DNA of 32,000 nt from an uncultured Clostridium sp. (GCA_948435735.1 CAOJGX010000003.1:1602-33601); one strand, 5' to 3'. Numbered from the stretch's first letter, positions 19,107-28,555 are shown. Numbers and translations: made by a program. The notes: generated by a model from the letters alone, not told the origin.

Positions 19107-22100
19107 ATGAAAAATTTAAAAAACACCATGCTGGTCTTCATGATGATATTTATGATTGGCATTCCCTATTTTTTTCCACTGTTGCAAAGTTTTGCTAATG
19201 AAAATGTTGATGTGAATGTTGTACCGTCACCAACAATTGATATTGTTTTGGCAAAATCCAAAACAACGGTTGATGTGAATAACTTTGAGGAAGATTTGAA
19301 AAAGGAATTAATCAAACAAAATATTTCACCAGAACGAGTTAACATCAAAGCTGTTGAAGCAGTTGAAGCTAATATTCAAGACTCTTTTGATTGGGAAATT
19401 GATGTCTCTTCAGCGATTGGTAGTATTGATATTACCAATCACGGTCAAAATATTGTCATGAAAGGAAATAAGAAAAATCCGGGAAAAAACGCTATGTGGA
19501 TTATCCCAGAAAAAGAACAAGAACAAGATATCAAATTTGATTATTCCGTTGATTTTGGCGATAGTTTTAATGCAGCAGGAATGCTACTTAGAGTTAAACG
19601 AACAAATAACACTTTGACAGGATATATGCTTAGTCTTAATAAATCTGGTAAAACCTGGTATACCACTGCTGGTAAAAAATATGGCGCTATTTGGAAATTC
19701 ACCTATGAACTCGGTACTAACTCAAAAAATATGACAAAAACTTTTGTAAAAGGCTTAGATATTAATACAAGTGGAACTTTAACTATAAAATCAACTAGTA
19801 CAGAAATTATTATTTCTGGTGGCGGATTAACATCTCCGATTCATTATAGGATGGATACAGACTATGGATATGGCTTTGGTTTCTTTTCTGACCATTATTC
19901 TCATAATTGTAGTAAAATTGGGGCATTTACTTTAGGTAATATTCGTTTGACAACAACAACTGTGAAAAAGTTTAAGGAAGTACTTAGTAATCCAGAATGG
20001 AGGGAAGATTCTTTAAGATTTCTTGTGAATGTCGATGATTATGAGAACGAAGAATTAAAAAATAAATCTGAGTTTGCTTCTGTGCAAGCGGGATTAATTA
20101 ATGAACAAATTCACCCAATTTTTTGGGGAACGGCTGAGAACAAAGAACAATCCGAAAAAGTAATTCAAGCCAATCACGACCATGGTACGTTTATCGATAA
20201 CACCAATTACGCAAATGCCATTGAAGCAACCGTAACCTACATAAAATCCCTAATTGACGCTTCCAAAAGTTCACAATATGCCTTGATTCACGAGCCGGTA
20301 GAACTTAAAGTAACACCAGAGAGTGCAAAAAATAATACGATTTCAGAAGCTTATCCGCAGGGTAAATGGAAAATTAATCATGATTACGAATATTTTGAAA
20401 ATAACTTAGGTCAAATGAAAAATAGTGGAAAATATATGTCTGATTTAAGTTTATCGTTTGATAAAACAGGGCGCTATGAATTACTATACGAGGATGGAAA
20501 TATTGCATCCAAATATATTTATGTACATCGAAAACCAGTAGCTAATTTTCAAGTATCGCAAACAAATGGTAATGTTACACTCACTAGTACTTCTTATGAT
20601 TTAGACAATTATTCGAATAATCATGGTATTTCCCAAGAAGAATGGAAATATAAAGAAGTGAATGAAACCAATTGGCATTCTGGAAAATTGGTTCATATAA
20701 ACCCTGATGAGACTTATATTATTCAATTAAGCGTAAAGGATTTTCAAGAAACTTGGAGTACTCCTGTTACAAAATACGTTATGTATAACAATACACAAAC
20801 AGATTCTATTCCTGTGGCTTCTTTTACTATTAAAAATCCAACTTCGTCTAAATATGAGCCTTTAGCAGTAGAAAATTCTTCCTATGACCCAGCTGGTCTT
20901 GCCATAACTGATACCGTTTGGAAAGTGAAAAAAGATGGAAATGTATTTTATACTGGCAAAACACCTTTGACAGATTATAGCAATTATCCAACTGGAAGCT
21001 ATACGATGAGTTTAGTTGTTACGAATGAATTAGGGAAAAAGTCAGAAGAGTTCTCAAGGATTTTTCAATTAGTTGATGATACAATCCCTCCAGAAGTTAC
21101 TGCTACACCATCAAACACACCTTGGACCAATCAACCTGTGACAGTTGCGTTAAGTTTTTCAGATAAAGGTGGCAGTAAATTTAAAGGATATCAATACGCA
21201 ATAACGGATAGCAAAGAGGCTTCTACCTCTTGGAGTGAGATGATTTCAAAAGAAACAGATTCCATCACAATTGATACAGAAGGCGAAAAATATCTTCATA
21301 TTATTGGTCAGGACAATGCTGGAAATGTTAGTGAAGAAAGAATTTTCGGGCCATACAACATTGATTTAAGCAAACCAGAAATAGATTCAATTGTGCCAGA
21401 AAATAAAGATTGGACAAATGAATCCATTGCAATTCATGCAACCTTTTCCGATAAAGGTGGAAGTGGCTTTTCTGGTTATCAATATGCGATAACCACAGAA
21501 CAAACAGCACCACAAACTTGGAGTGAAATTGTAAAAGAAGATAAAGCGACATTTACTATTTCCGGCGAAGCAGAATATTATTTACATTTAAAAATATATG
21601 ATATGGCAGGCAATGAAAATGTCTATGGATATGGTCCTTATCAAATGGATAAAACTTCACCAAAAGCAGAAGTAACGCCAGCCTTTTGTGATTGGACCAA
21701 TCAGCCTGTAACAATAAAGGTTACTTTAACAGATGAAGGTGGTAGTGCTTTACAAAACTATCAATATGCCATTACTAATAGCGGAATTATGCCTGATGCA
21801 TGGGAAAATGAAATAACAGGTGAACCACAACCAATTATATTAGATAAAGAAGGAGAACATTATCTTCATCTTGTGGGGAAAGACAATGCTGGAAATACTA
21901 GTTCTGACCATATTTTTGGAAAATACAAACTTGACTTTACTTTACCAGAACTAATTTTTGATGATATAACTCATTCTAATTCACCTATAACTTCTCTAAA
22001 ATTTACAGCCAAAGATGATTTATCAGGAGTTTGTAAGTTTACGGTTAATGGAAGTGAAGTTATTGGAACAGAATATGTGGCAACAAGTAATGGGGATTAT

Positions 22101-23087
22101 ACGTTTGAAATCGTGGATTATGCTGGTAATGTATTGACTAAAACGGTAAGCCTTACAGATTTATACTCTATCTGTAATAAAGGCTTGGAGCATCCACCTT
22201 ATAGGCCGCTTTATCAAAATTGTCCTATCTGCGATTTGATTGATGGGATTAAAGTAACGTCTGATACAAAAACGTATGAGGGAAAACCAATTAGCATTTC
22301 TTATGATAATACAAAAAATTCAGAATTGGTAACTTATTATAATGATTCATTTGATTTGCCTGTAAAGGTTGGTGCTTATCCATATGAATTAAAAATTGTT
22401 TATAATGGAGAAGAATATTCTACAGGAATAAAGAATACTTTTACAATTTGTAAAAAGCCAGTTGATATCTTAGGTTTAAAACTAGAAGATAAAATTGATG
22501 ATGGAACTACAACAGTAAATATTGATAAAACAAATCTTAACTTAGCCGGCATTGTGGCTTCTGATAAAGATTTTATCGAATTAGAAATGGTTGATACAAC
22601 AGAGTATGACATCTCAAGACCTGGTGATAAAACTGTTATTTTGCAAAAAGATATAGATTATCACCTAAAATTAAAGGAAACTGTTGATTCCTCACATGAA
22701 GAATTAATTGACTTTTACGAACTACCAGAAACACTTGCTGTAACTGGCAAATTGCTTGCTAATGAATCAACGATACCAGATAAAAATGTAGATAGTAGTA
22801 ATAACTCTAAAGATCCAAATTCTTCTGTTAGTAAAGAAGAAAGTACAGAAACAGATACTGCAAAATCTGAAAATAGTTTAATTTCTGATAAGAAAACTAT
22901 ACATAAGTTTATGAAAGATAATCTTTCTGGAAAATTATTGCATACAGGTCGCACGATTGGTTCTAGTTTGATTGTGGTAGCAGGATTTGTAGTGATTTTT
23001 AATATGGTTTCTGGCAGATTGTTGGTTGTAAGGAAACGTAGTAGGAAAAGGAATCCTAGAATTTTTGAAAAAGTTGTTAAAAAATAG
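19107..23087 (+). CDS. Very large cell-surface protein with Ig/PKD-like and triplicated domains and a C-terminal TM anchor
   Basis: Signal peptide MKNLKNTMLVFMMIFMIGIPYFFPLLQSFA. Three roughly 90-aa tandem repeats (WTNQPVTVALSFSDKGGSKFKGYQYAIT... / WTNESIAIHATFSDKGGSGFSGYQYAIT... / WTNQPVTIKVTLTDEGGSALQNYQYAIT...). C-terminal TM SLIVVAGFVVIFNMVSG and basic tail. Confidence 0.9.
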   Translation: MKNLKNTMLVFMMIFMIGIPYFFPLLQSFANENVDVNVVPSPTIDIVLAKSKTTVDVNNFEEDLKKELIKQNISPERVNIKAVEAVEANIQDSFDWEIDVSSAIGSIDITNHGQNIVMKGNKKNPGKNAMWIIPEKEQEQDIKFDYSVDFGDSFNAAGMLLRVKRTNNTLTGYMLSLNKSGKTWYTTAGKKYGAIWKFTYELGTNSKNMTKTFVKGLDINTSGTLTIKSTSTEIIISGGGLTSPIHYRMDTDYGYGFGFFSDHYSHNCSKIGAFTLGNIRLTTTTVKKFKEVLSNPEWREDSLRFLVNVDDYENEELKNKSEFASVQAGLINEQIHPIFWGTAENKEQSEKVIQANHDHGTFIDNTNYANAIEATVTYIKSLIDASKSSQYALIHEPVELKVTPESAKNNTISEAYPQGKWKINHDYEYFENNLGQMKNSGKYMSDLSLSFDKTGRYELLYEDGNIASKYIYVHRKPVANFQVSQTNGNVTLTSTSYDLDNYSNNHGISQEEWKYKEVNETNWHSGKLVHINPDETYIIQLSVKDFQETWSTPVTKYVMYNNTQTDSIPVASFTIKNPTSSKYEPLAVENSSYDPAGLAITDTVWKVKKDGNVFYTGKTPLTDYSNYPTGSYTMSLVVTNELGKKSEEFSRIFQLVDDTIPPEVTATPSNTPWTNQPVTVALSFSDKGGSKFKGYQYAITDSKEASTSWSEMISKETDSITIDTEGEKYLHIIGQDNAGNVSEERIFGPYNIDLSKPEIDSIVPENKDWTNESIAIHATFSDKGGSGFSGYQYAITTEQTAPQTWSEIVKEDKATFTISGEAEYYLHLKIYDMAGNENVYGYGPYQMDKTSPKAEVTPAFCDWTNQPVTIKVTLTDEGGSALQNYQYAITNSGIMPDAWENEITGEPQPIILDKEGEHYLHLVGKDNAGNTSSDHIFGKYKLDFTLPELIFDDITHSNSPITSLKFTAKDDLSGVCKFTVNGSEVIGTEYVATSNGDYTFEIVDYAGNVLTKTVSLTDLYSICNKGLEHPPYRPLYQNCPICDLIDGIKVTSDTKTYEGKPISISYDNTKNSELVTYYNDSFDLPVKVGAYPYELKIVYNGEEYSTGIKNTFTICKKPVDILGLKLEDKIDDGTTTVNIDKTNLNLAGIVASDKDFIELEMVDTTEYDISRPGDKTVILQKDIDYHLKLKETVDSSHEELIDFYELPETLAVTGKLLANESTIPDKNVDSSNNSKDPNSSVSKEESTETDTAKSENSLISDKKTIHKFMKDNLSGKLLHTGRTIGSSLIVVAGFVVIFNMVSGRLLVVRKRSRKRNPRIFEKVVKK
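21115..21935 (+). repeat. Three tandem roughly 90-aa domain repeats within the surface protein
   Basis: Repeat units begin at 'WTNQPV/WTNESI/WTNQPV' and end at '...FGPYNID / YGPYQMD / FGKYKLD'. Confidence 0.85.
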
Positions 23088-23215
23088 AAAAAATGTGAAA
23101 TGCACCTTGAAAGAGGTGCATTTTATATAAAAAATTATTTATATAAAAGTGATTAAAATAAGTGTTTACTTTTCACAAAAATAGTGTTATACTATTTATT
23201 AAGGAGAATTTTATT

Positions 23216-23392
23216 ATGAGTGAAAAACAAGTTATGATTAAAATTTTAGAAAAAATGCCTGATGATATTACCTTTGATGATATAGTAGAAACCTTAAATT
23301 TAATTTATAAATTAAAAAGTAGAATAGATACTTTTGACAGAAATCAAGCACTTACTACTGAACAATTAAAAAAGGAGATACAAGAATGGTAG
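23216..23392 (+). CDS. Small antitoxin-like protein
   Basis: ATG at 23216 after AAGGAG RBS; MSEKQVMIKILEKMPDDITFDDIVETLNLIYKLKSRIDTFDRNQALTTEQLKKEIQEW; 7-nt overlap with the toxin ORF. Confidence 0.75.
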   Translation: MSEKQVMIKILEKMPDDITFDDIVETLNLIYKLKSRIDTFDRNQALTTEQLKKEIQEW

Positions 23393-23697
23393 TAGTCTGG
23401 TCGAAATCAGCCATAAACGATTTAAAAAATTATTCCGAACACTCGAAAATCATCACAGATGGTAAAATTCAAAAATATATCGACTCTTTAATTGATTATG
23501 CAAGTTCTCTATCTTTTACTCCAAGTCTTGGCAAAGAATTTTTAACCTATAAAAATATAACTATTCGACAACTTTTATATAAAATGCATCGAATATTTTA
23601 TTATATTGAAAATGATGAAATTATCATTATTCAAATTACACATACTTCAAGAGATATAGATAATGTTATAGCAATTATGAAAACTTTAATAAATTAA
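23386..23697 (+). CDS. ParE/RelE-superfamily toxin
   Basis: MVVVWSKSAINDLKNYSEHSK...SLGKEFLTYKNITIRQLLYKMHRIFYYIENDEIIIIQITHTSRDI, typical ParE-like architecture. Confidence 0.85.
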   Translation: MVVVWSKSAINDLKNYSEHSKIITDGKIQKYIDSLIDYASSLSFTPSLGKEFLTYKNITIRQLLYKMHRIFYYIENDEIIIIQITHTSRDIDNVIAIMKTLIN

Positions 23698-23734
23698 AGA
23701 CTAACAAAAAATATGAAGAAGAATAGATTATTTT

Positions 23735-23810
23735 GGTGTACCCAACTGGAATCGAACCAGCGACCTTCCGCTTAGGAGGCGGACGCTCTATCCTACTGAG
23801 CTATGGGTAC
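23735..23810 (-). tRNA. tRNA-Arg (anticodon CCU), CCA encoded
   Basis: Minus strand GTACCCATAGCTCAGTAGGATAGAGCGTCCGCCTCCTAAGCGGAAGGTCGCTGGTTCGATTCCAGTTGGGTACACCA; GTACCCA/TGGGTAC acceptor stem; TCCGC-CTCCTAA-GCGGA anticodon arm. Confidence 0.97.
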
Positions 23811-23818
23811 ATATTAGA

Positions 23819-23844
23819 GGGGCAGGTCAAGACCTTGCCCCTAC
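23819..23844 (+). repeat. Dispersed palindromic element, copy 5
   Basis: GGGGCAGGTC-AA-GACCTTGCCCC-TAC (one bulge). Confidence 0.6.
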
Positions 23845-23854
23845 ATTTTTGTTT

Positions 23855-24037
23855 TTACGCATTTAATTTTGCAACAAGTTCTTCTACATCAATTCCATGC
23901 ACATCACATGCTTCTTCTAACGTTTCTGCTTGTGAGGCTGGGCAACCCAAACAGTGCATGCCTGCTTCTAATAAAATCTCTGCTTTTTCTGGAAATTGTT
24001 CTAATAAATCACCTATTTTCGTAGTTTTTTCAATCAT
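23855..24037 (-). CDS. DUF1858 domain-containing protein
   Basis: MIEKTTKIGDLLEQFPEKAEILLEAGMHCLGCPASQAETLEEACDVHGIDVEELVAKLNA. Confidence 0.9.
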   Translation of the reverse strand: MIEKTTKIGDLLEQFPEKAEILLEAGMHCLGCPASQAETLEEACDVHGIDVEELVAKLNA

Positions 24038-24301
24038 AATTTTCCTCCTTTTTTAATTAAATTAAAACTTTTTTTAATATTTTAACATAAATTTTAAAAA
24101 AAGTATAGACATTTTTAAAATTTTGTTGTATTATATTTGTAATTTGAAAAGAAAATTTTTTCTAAACTGTTTTTCTTATCAGTTTTAAATGTTTTTTCAA
24201 TTGCATTGTCTTGCAAATTTTCAAATTATTAAATTTATGATAGACTTTGGAGGTGATAAAAATACGCAATTTTTGACTTTAACTTAAGAAAGGAGTTTTG
24301 T

Positions 24302-24631
24302 ATGAAACGAAAAAAAATTTTATTAATTTACACAATTTTTGTGTCAATTCTATTTTTGTGCGCACTTAGCAATGTAGCATTTGCAGCTGACCCCAAATTA
24401 GTTTCCACGTTAACAGGAGCTTTTACCAAAGTAGAAGGCTATATTGTAAAAATAGCAACTTCATTTGCTGCTGTTGCAATTGCCACAGGTTTATTGATGC
24501 GAAAATTTAGTTTAGGCGATGAGAAAAAAATTTATAGAGCAAACAACTTAATTAAAGGAAGTATTACATCGTATGTATTAATCATTTGTGTTGATTTAAT
24601 TCTTTCTTTAATTAGCAACGTTTTAAGCTAG
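24302..24631 (+). CDS. Small signal-peptide-bearing membrane protein, VirB2/TrbC pilin-like
   Basis: Signal sequence ending AFAADP, two hydrophobic helices (VKIATSFAAVAIATGLLM, SYVLIICVDLILSLI), AAGAAAGGAG RBS. Confidence 0.6.
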   Translation: MKRKKILLIYTIFVSILFLCALSNVAFAADPKLVSTLTGAFTKVEGYIVKIATSFAAVAIATGLLMRKFSLGDEKKIYRANNLIKGSITSYVLIICVDLILSLISNVLS

Positions 24632-24644
24632 AAAAGAGGATTTA

Positions 24645-25514
24645 TTGGAAAATACAACCATTAATCTAAGTGATTTAGTTTGTGATTCTCTAAACACAAT
24701 CTTTTTCAAGCTTTTCTCATCGTTAGAAGACACTGTTTATTCTAATTTAGATAATATTTTATATATTGATTCTGATATTCTTAACAACTTCAAATTCCAA
24801 CAACTTTTTGGTACAGATTCTACCAATGGCTTACTGCTTCTTGCCAATAGTTTCATTTTCGGTATTGTTTTATTCTATCTTTTGAAATTTGCAGTTTCAC
24901 ATTTGCTTTATTCAAAAATAGATTCCCCTTATCAGTTTATCTTTAAATGTATTATTTTTATTGCTTGTATGAATTCCTCTTTTTGGATTTGTGAAAAATG
25001 GATTAACTTTTTTGCTATGGTAACAGATTTTATTCGAGAAATTGGCCATTCTATCACTGGATTTGAAATTTATGTTTCAACTTTGGTGAGTCATACCAAT
25101 TCCGCACTTTATCCAAGCATCGAAACATTTAATATTTTCTCATTTGACGGGATTTTAAAACTAACAACCACCCTTGGAACACTCTACATTTTACTCATGT
25201 ATTCCATTCGTTATATCTTATGTAAAATACTAATTTTACTAGCACCATTTGCCTTTGCTTCATTAATTAATCATCGTTTTGATGGATTTTTCAAAGGCTG
25301 GCTAAAACAATTTTTAATGCTTTTAAGCATGCAAATTTTTGTTAGTATCGTATTGATTTTAGGATTTTGTTTGGAATTTCAAGCTGGTGATATGTTGTCT
25401 AAGTTAATCTATTTTGCCATTATTGCTGTAATTGCAAAATGTCACTATCACGTAAAAGAACTTTTTGCTTTTCTTTACGAGTATAGTCACAATACTTTAA
25501 AAGATTTTATTTAA
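24645..25514 (+). CDS. Polytopic membrane protein, VirB6/TrbL-like (TTG start)
   Basis: 289 aa with several TM helices, including LMYSIRYILCKILILLAPFAFASLINHRFDGFFKGWLKQFLMLLSMQIFVSIVLILGF, the VirB6/TrbL-like core. Confidence 0.65.
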   Translation: MENTTINLSDLVCDSLNTIFFKLFSSLEDTVYSNLDNILYIDSDILNNFKFQQLFGTDSTNGLLLLANSFIFGIVLFYLLKFAVSHLLYSKIDSPYQFIFKCIIFIACMNSSFWICEKWINFFAMVTDFIREIGHSITGFEIYVSTLVSHTNSALYPSIETFNIFSFDGILKLTTTLGTLYILLMYSIRYILCKILILLAPFAFASLINHRFDGFFKGWLKQFLMLLSMQIFVSIVLILGFCLEFQAGDMLSKLIYFAIIAVIAKCHYHVKELFAFLYEYSHNTLKDFI

Positions 25515-25527
25515 AAAGGAGATATTT

Positions 25528-25842
25528 ATGAATTTTATGATACCAAAAAATTATAAATTTAAGCCAAAATTATTTGGTTTAATCGATTACCAAACCGCTG
25601 TACTAGATAGCATTTGGGCAGGAATTTTATATGTTTTTGTTAACTTATTTTTCACCACTTTGACAACAAAAATCTACTTTTTTATCGGACTTTTTCTGCC
25701 ATTTTTCCTATTTAGTATGGTTGGCATTTATCATGAAAATATGTTATCGGTATTGATTTATTTGTTGAAGTTTTATAAAGGTCAGAAAATCTATTTATAT
25801 AAAAAGCGGAATGTAAGGTTTCTTAAGCAAGTTTTATGCTGA
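25528..25842 (+). CDS. PrgI-family / VirB3-like small membrane protein
   Basis: 104 aa: MNFMIPKNYKFKPKLFGLIDYQTAVLDSIWAGILYVFVNLFFTTLTTKIYFFIGLFLPFFLFSMVGI...YLLKFYKGQKIYLYKKR. Confidence 0.65.
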   Translation: MNFMIPKNYKFKPKLFGLIDYQTAVLDSIWAGILYVFVNLFFTTLTTKIYFFIGLFLPFFLFSMVGIYHENMLSVLIYLLKFYKGQKIYLYKKRNVRFLKQVLC

Positions 25843-26072
25843 CCTTTTATTCTGTATTATCTTTTGAAATCTAGTAGGCTATTGGTTATGCTAATAGCCT
25901 TTTTTCTTACGCACTAGCCTGTTTCATCCCCAAAAATATTTTCTGTATTGTTTTTTAAAAGACTTAATGGTATAATGAAAATACTGTACAAAAGAAATTA
26001 AATGAGACTTTTAAATCGCACATAAATTGGGGAATTTTGTGCGATATAACAATAAAAATTGGGGGCTTTTCT

Positions 26073-27026
26073 ATGAAACTAATAGCAAATGATAAATCTT
26101 TTTTATTCTCAAGTACAGAAATACCAGATGTATTTTTTACCGAATATTTACCTGAAGCAAAAAGTGAATTTGTTAAGGTTTATTTTTATGTACTTTTTTT
26201 GTCAAAATACAACACCGAAATCAAAATCAATGATTTATCCAAAACGCTAGGTTTAGATTTTCCTACCGTTCAAGATGCTATTAAATACTGGGAAGGCCGA
26301 GGCCTTTTGGTCAAAAATCCAACTGGTTATTCTTTGGCAAATCTTCAAGAAATAGAACTTAATAAATTGTATCATCCCAAAATTAGTCTTTCTCCTGAAG
26401 CAATCGAGAAAAATGCAGAAAATCAATATCGTGCCAAAGTTATGGATAGTATTAATTCCCAATTTTTCTCTGGAACTATGTCCCCTTCTTGGTTTGCAGA
26501 TATTGATTTATGGTTTGAAAAATATGGTTTTGATGAACAAGTCATGCTTGCTTTATTTAATTACGCCTATGACAATCGAGCCTTGCATCGCAATTATATT
26601 CAAACTGTCGCAGATAGCTGGAACAAAGAACATATCAAGACATTTAACGATTTGGATTTATATTTCGAACGTCGTGAAAAAATTAATATTTTAAAGAAAA
26701 AAATTGCTCAAAAATTACATTTATCACGAAATCTTACCGCCTATGATGAAGAATATATCCAAAAATGGCAAGAGAATTACCATTATGATATGGATATTAT
26801 CGAAATCGCCATGAAAAAAGCTGCCACCAAAAACAGTATCAGCTTTGAATACATCGATAAGCTTTTGTCTGATTGGCATGAAAAAGGGCTATCTAGTATA
26901 TCTGATGTCAATACATATTTAGAAGCTTTCAAAACAAAGGACAAAAAAGTCAAACAAATCAAGCAAATTGCACTCGAATATACCCAAAGCACTTTTGATA
27001 ATTGGGATGCTTTATACGATAATTAA
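26073..27026 (+). CDS. DnaD-domain-containing primosomal/replication protein
   Basis: ATG 26073 after GGGGG RBS; winged-helix N-terminus; DnaD motif WHEKGLSSISDVNTYLEAFK preceded by FEYIDKLLSDW; immediately followed by DnaC-like gene. Confidence 0.85.
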   Translation: MKLIANDKSFLFSSTEIPDVFFTEYLPEAKSEFVKVYFYVLFLSKYNTEIKINDLSKTLGLDFPTVQDAIKYWEGRGLLVKNPTGYSLANLQEIELNKLYHPKISLSPEAIEKNAENQYRAKVMDSINSQFFSGTMSPSWFADIDLWFEKYGFDEQVMLALFNYAYDNRALHRNYIQTVADSWNKEHIKTFNDLDLYFERREKINILKKKIAQKLHLSRNLTAYDEEYIQKWQENYHYDMDIIEIAMKKAATKNSISFEYIDKLLSDWHEKGLSSISDVNTYLEAFKTKDKKVKQIKQIALEYTQSTFDNWDALYDN

Positions 27027-28057
27027 TGGGAGGAAACATGGACCATTCTGTTCTAAAACTTATTTTAAGAGAATATGAAACCAAGCGAAATTTAGCGATA
27101 CAAGAAGCTGAATTAAGAAAACGTGAACTTTTAGCAGTTAATCCACGATTATCCGAAATAGAAGCTGAACTTGCCAATCTTTCAATCCAAACCGCAAAAT
27201 CCATTTTGCAGACAGAAAATGAAAACCAAAAAAAATTATTAGCAGATTTAAAAAAACAATCCAATGAATTAATCAAAGAAAAGAATAAATTTCTCAAAGA
27301 TTTAGCAAAAGACAGTAATTTTTTAAAGCCTCGCTTTGAATGTAAAACTTGTAAAGATACCGGGTATATCGAAAAAGATGGGATTTCAACTATGTGCAAT
27401 TGCTTAAAACAGCGCATTTTTAATACCTATTATAATAAATCCAATATAGGTAATTTGCAAAAAGAGAATTTCAAAAAATTCAACTCCCATATTTTTTCTA
27501 ACGAGAAAAATCCAGAAGCTTACAAATCTAAGTTTTCTCCGAGAGAAAATATAGAAACGATCAAAGAAAGAGCCGAAAACTTTATTCAAAATTTCGATGA
27601 CCCTGATGAAAAAAATCTTTTATTTACTGGCAATACTGGCCTTGGCAAAACCTTTATGACAAACTGCATTGCCAACGAATGTTTATCCAATGGAAAAACG
27701 GTTTTATACCAAACCGCACCTGTTATGTTTGACGAAATCATTGATGCCAAGTTTGGCAAAGAAAACTCTAAATTTGATTTAATGCAAAATATTTTAACTA
27801 CCGACTTACTCATTATTGACGATTTAGGCACCGAACACACGAGCGAACTATATTTAACCGAATTATTTACCATTATTAATACCAGACTTTTAAATCAAAA
27901 CAACAAAATTACAAAAACGATTATTTCCACCAATTTAAAACCTGAAGAAATTCAAAAAATTTATACAACTCGAATTTCTTCTCGAATTGCTGGGTATTAT
28001 AGAATTTTGAGGTTTTTTGGGGAGGATTTACGATTTAAAAAACGAAAAACAGACTAG
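27026..28057 (+). CDS. DnaC/DnaI-like helicase loader ATPase
   Basis: CKTCKDTGYIEKDGISTMCNCLKQR, Walker A LLFTGNTGLGKTFMTNCIANE, Walker B DLLIIDDLGTEHTSELYLTELFTIINTRL. Confidence 0.93.
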   Translation: MGGNMDHSVLKLILREYETKRNLAIQEAELRKRELLAVNPRLSEIEAELANLSIQTAKSILQTENENQKKLLADLKKQSNELIKEKNKFLKDLAKDSNFLKPRFECKTCKDTGYIEKDGISTMCNCLKQRIFNTYYNKSNIGNLQKENFKKFNSHIFSNEKNPEAYKSKFSPRENIETIKERAENFIQNFDDPDEKNLLFTGNTGLGKTFMTNCIANECLSNGKTVLYQTAPVMFDEIIDAKFGKENSKFDLMQNILTTDLLIIDDLGTEHTSELYLTELFTIINTRLLNQNNKITKTIISTNLKPEEIQKIYTTRISSRIAGYYRILRFFGEDLRFKKRKTD

Positions 28058-28068
28058 AATCACTCCAA

Positions 28069-28099
28069 GCCTGTTTTTCGTTCATTAATAAAAACAGGC
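28069..28099. terminator. Terminator hairpin 3' of dnaC-like gene
   Basis: GCCTGTTTTT-(11 nt)-AAAAACAGGC. Confidence 0.6.
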
Positions 28100-28143
28100 G
28101 TGTTATACCACATTTTACGCAAAATGTCAATCATCCACAACCG

Positions 28144-28191
28144 AAAAAAGACGCTGTGAATATAGATTTTCCTATATTTACAGCGTTTTTT
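28144..28191. terminator. Strong bidirectional terminator between convergent dnaC-like and mazF
   Basis: aaaaaagACGCTGTgAATATAG-ATTTTC-CTATATTtACAGCGTtttttt. Confidence 0.85.
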
Positions 28192-28204
28192 CTCATTTTC
28201 TCAA

Positions 28205-28555
28205 TTACTCTTCTAAACCAAAACTGATTCCTATCGCATTATTCACTTGATTCATCAACTGATGATCGTGAATATGCCCTATTTTCTCTTTCAATCTACT
28301 TTTGTCGATTGTACGAATTTGCTCAGCTAATACCACTGAATCTGATTTTAGACCATTCTCCTCAGATGCTATTTTTATATGCGTAGGTAGTCTCGTTTTT
28401 CCTGTTTGTGAGGTAATTGCAGCCGCTATAACTGTTGGGCTATACTTATTTCCTGTATCATTTTGTATAATTAAAACTGGCCTAATACCGCCTTGCTCTG
28501 ACCCCACAACTGGACTTAAATCAGCATAAAACATATCTCCTCTTTTTACTACCAT
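28205..28555 (-). CDS. mazF: MazF/PemK-family mRNA interferase
   Basis: [61 protein letters not shown]...[17 protein letters not shown]. The track start (28564) is a GTG; ATG at 28555 is preferred. Confidence 0.95.
   Translation of the reverse strand: MVVKRGDMFYADLSPVVGSEQGGIRPVLIIQNDTGNKYSPTVIAAAITSQTGKTRLPTHIKIASEENGLKSDSVVLAEQIRTIDKSRLKEKIGHIHDHQLMNQVNNAIGISFGLEE

Noticed and set aside
23733-24056. Plus-strand 107-aa ORF MVYPTGIEPATFRLGGGRS...
   Set aside because: Classic artefact of translating across a tRNA gene (tRNA-Arg antisense) and the DUF1858 gene; 'GIEPATFRLGG'-type peptides are known spurious annotations.
24238-24288. 16-codon ORF MIDFGGDKNTQFLTLT upstream of the VirB2-like gene
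   Set aside because: Too short, with no supporting RBS upstream; could be a leader peptide but cannot be supported from sequence alone.
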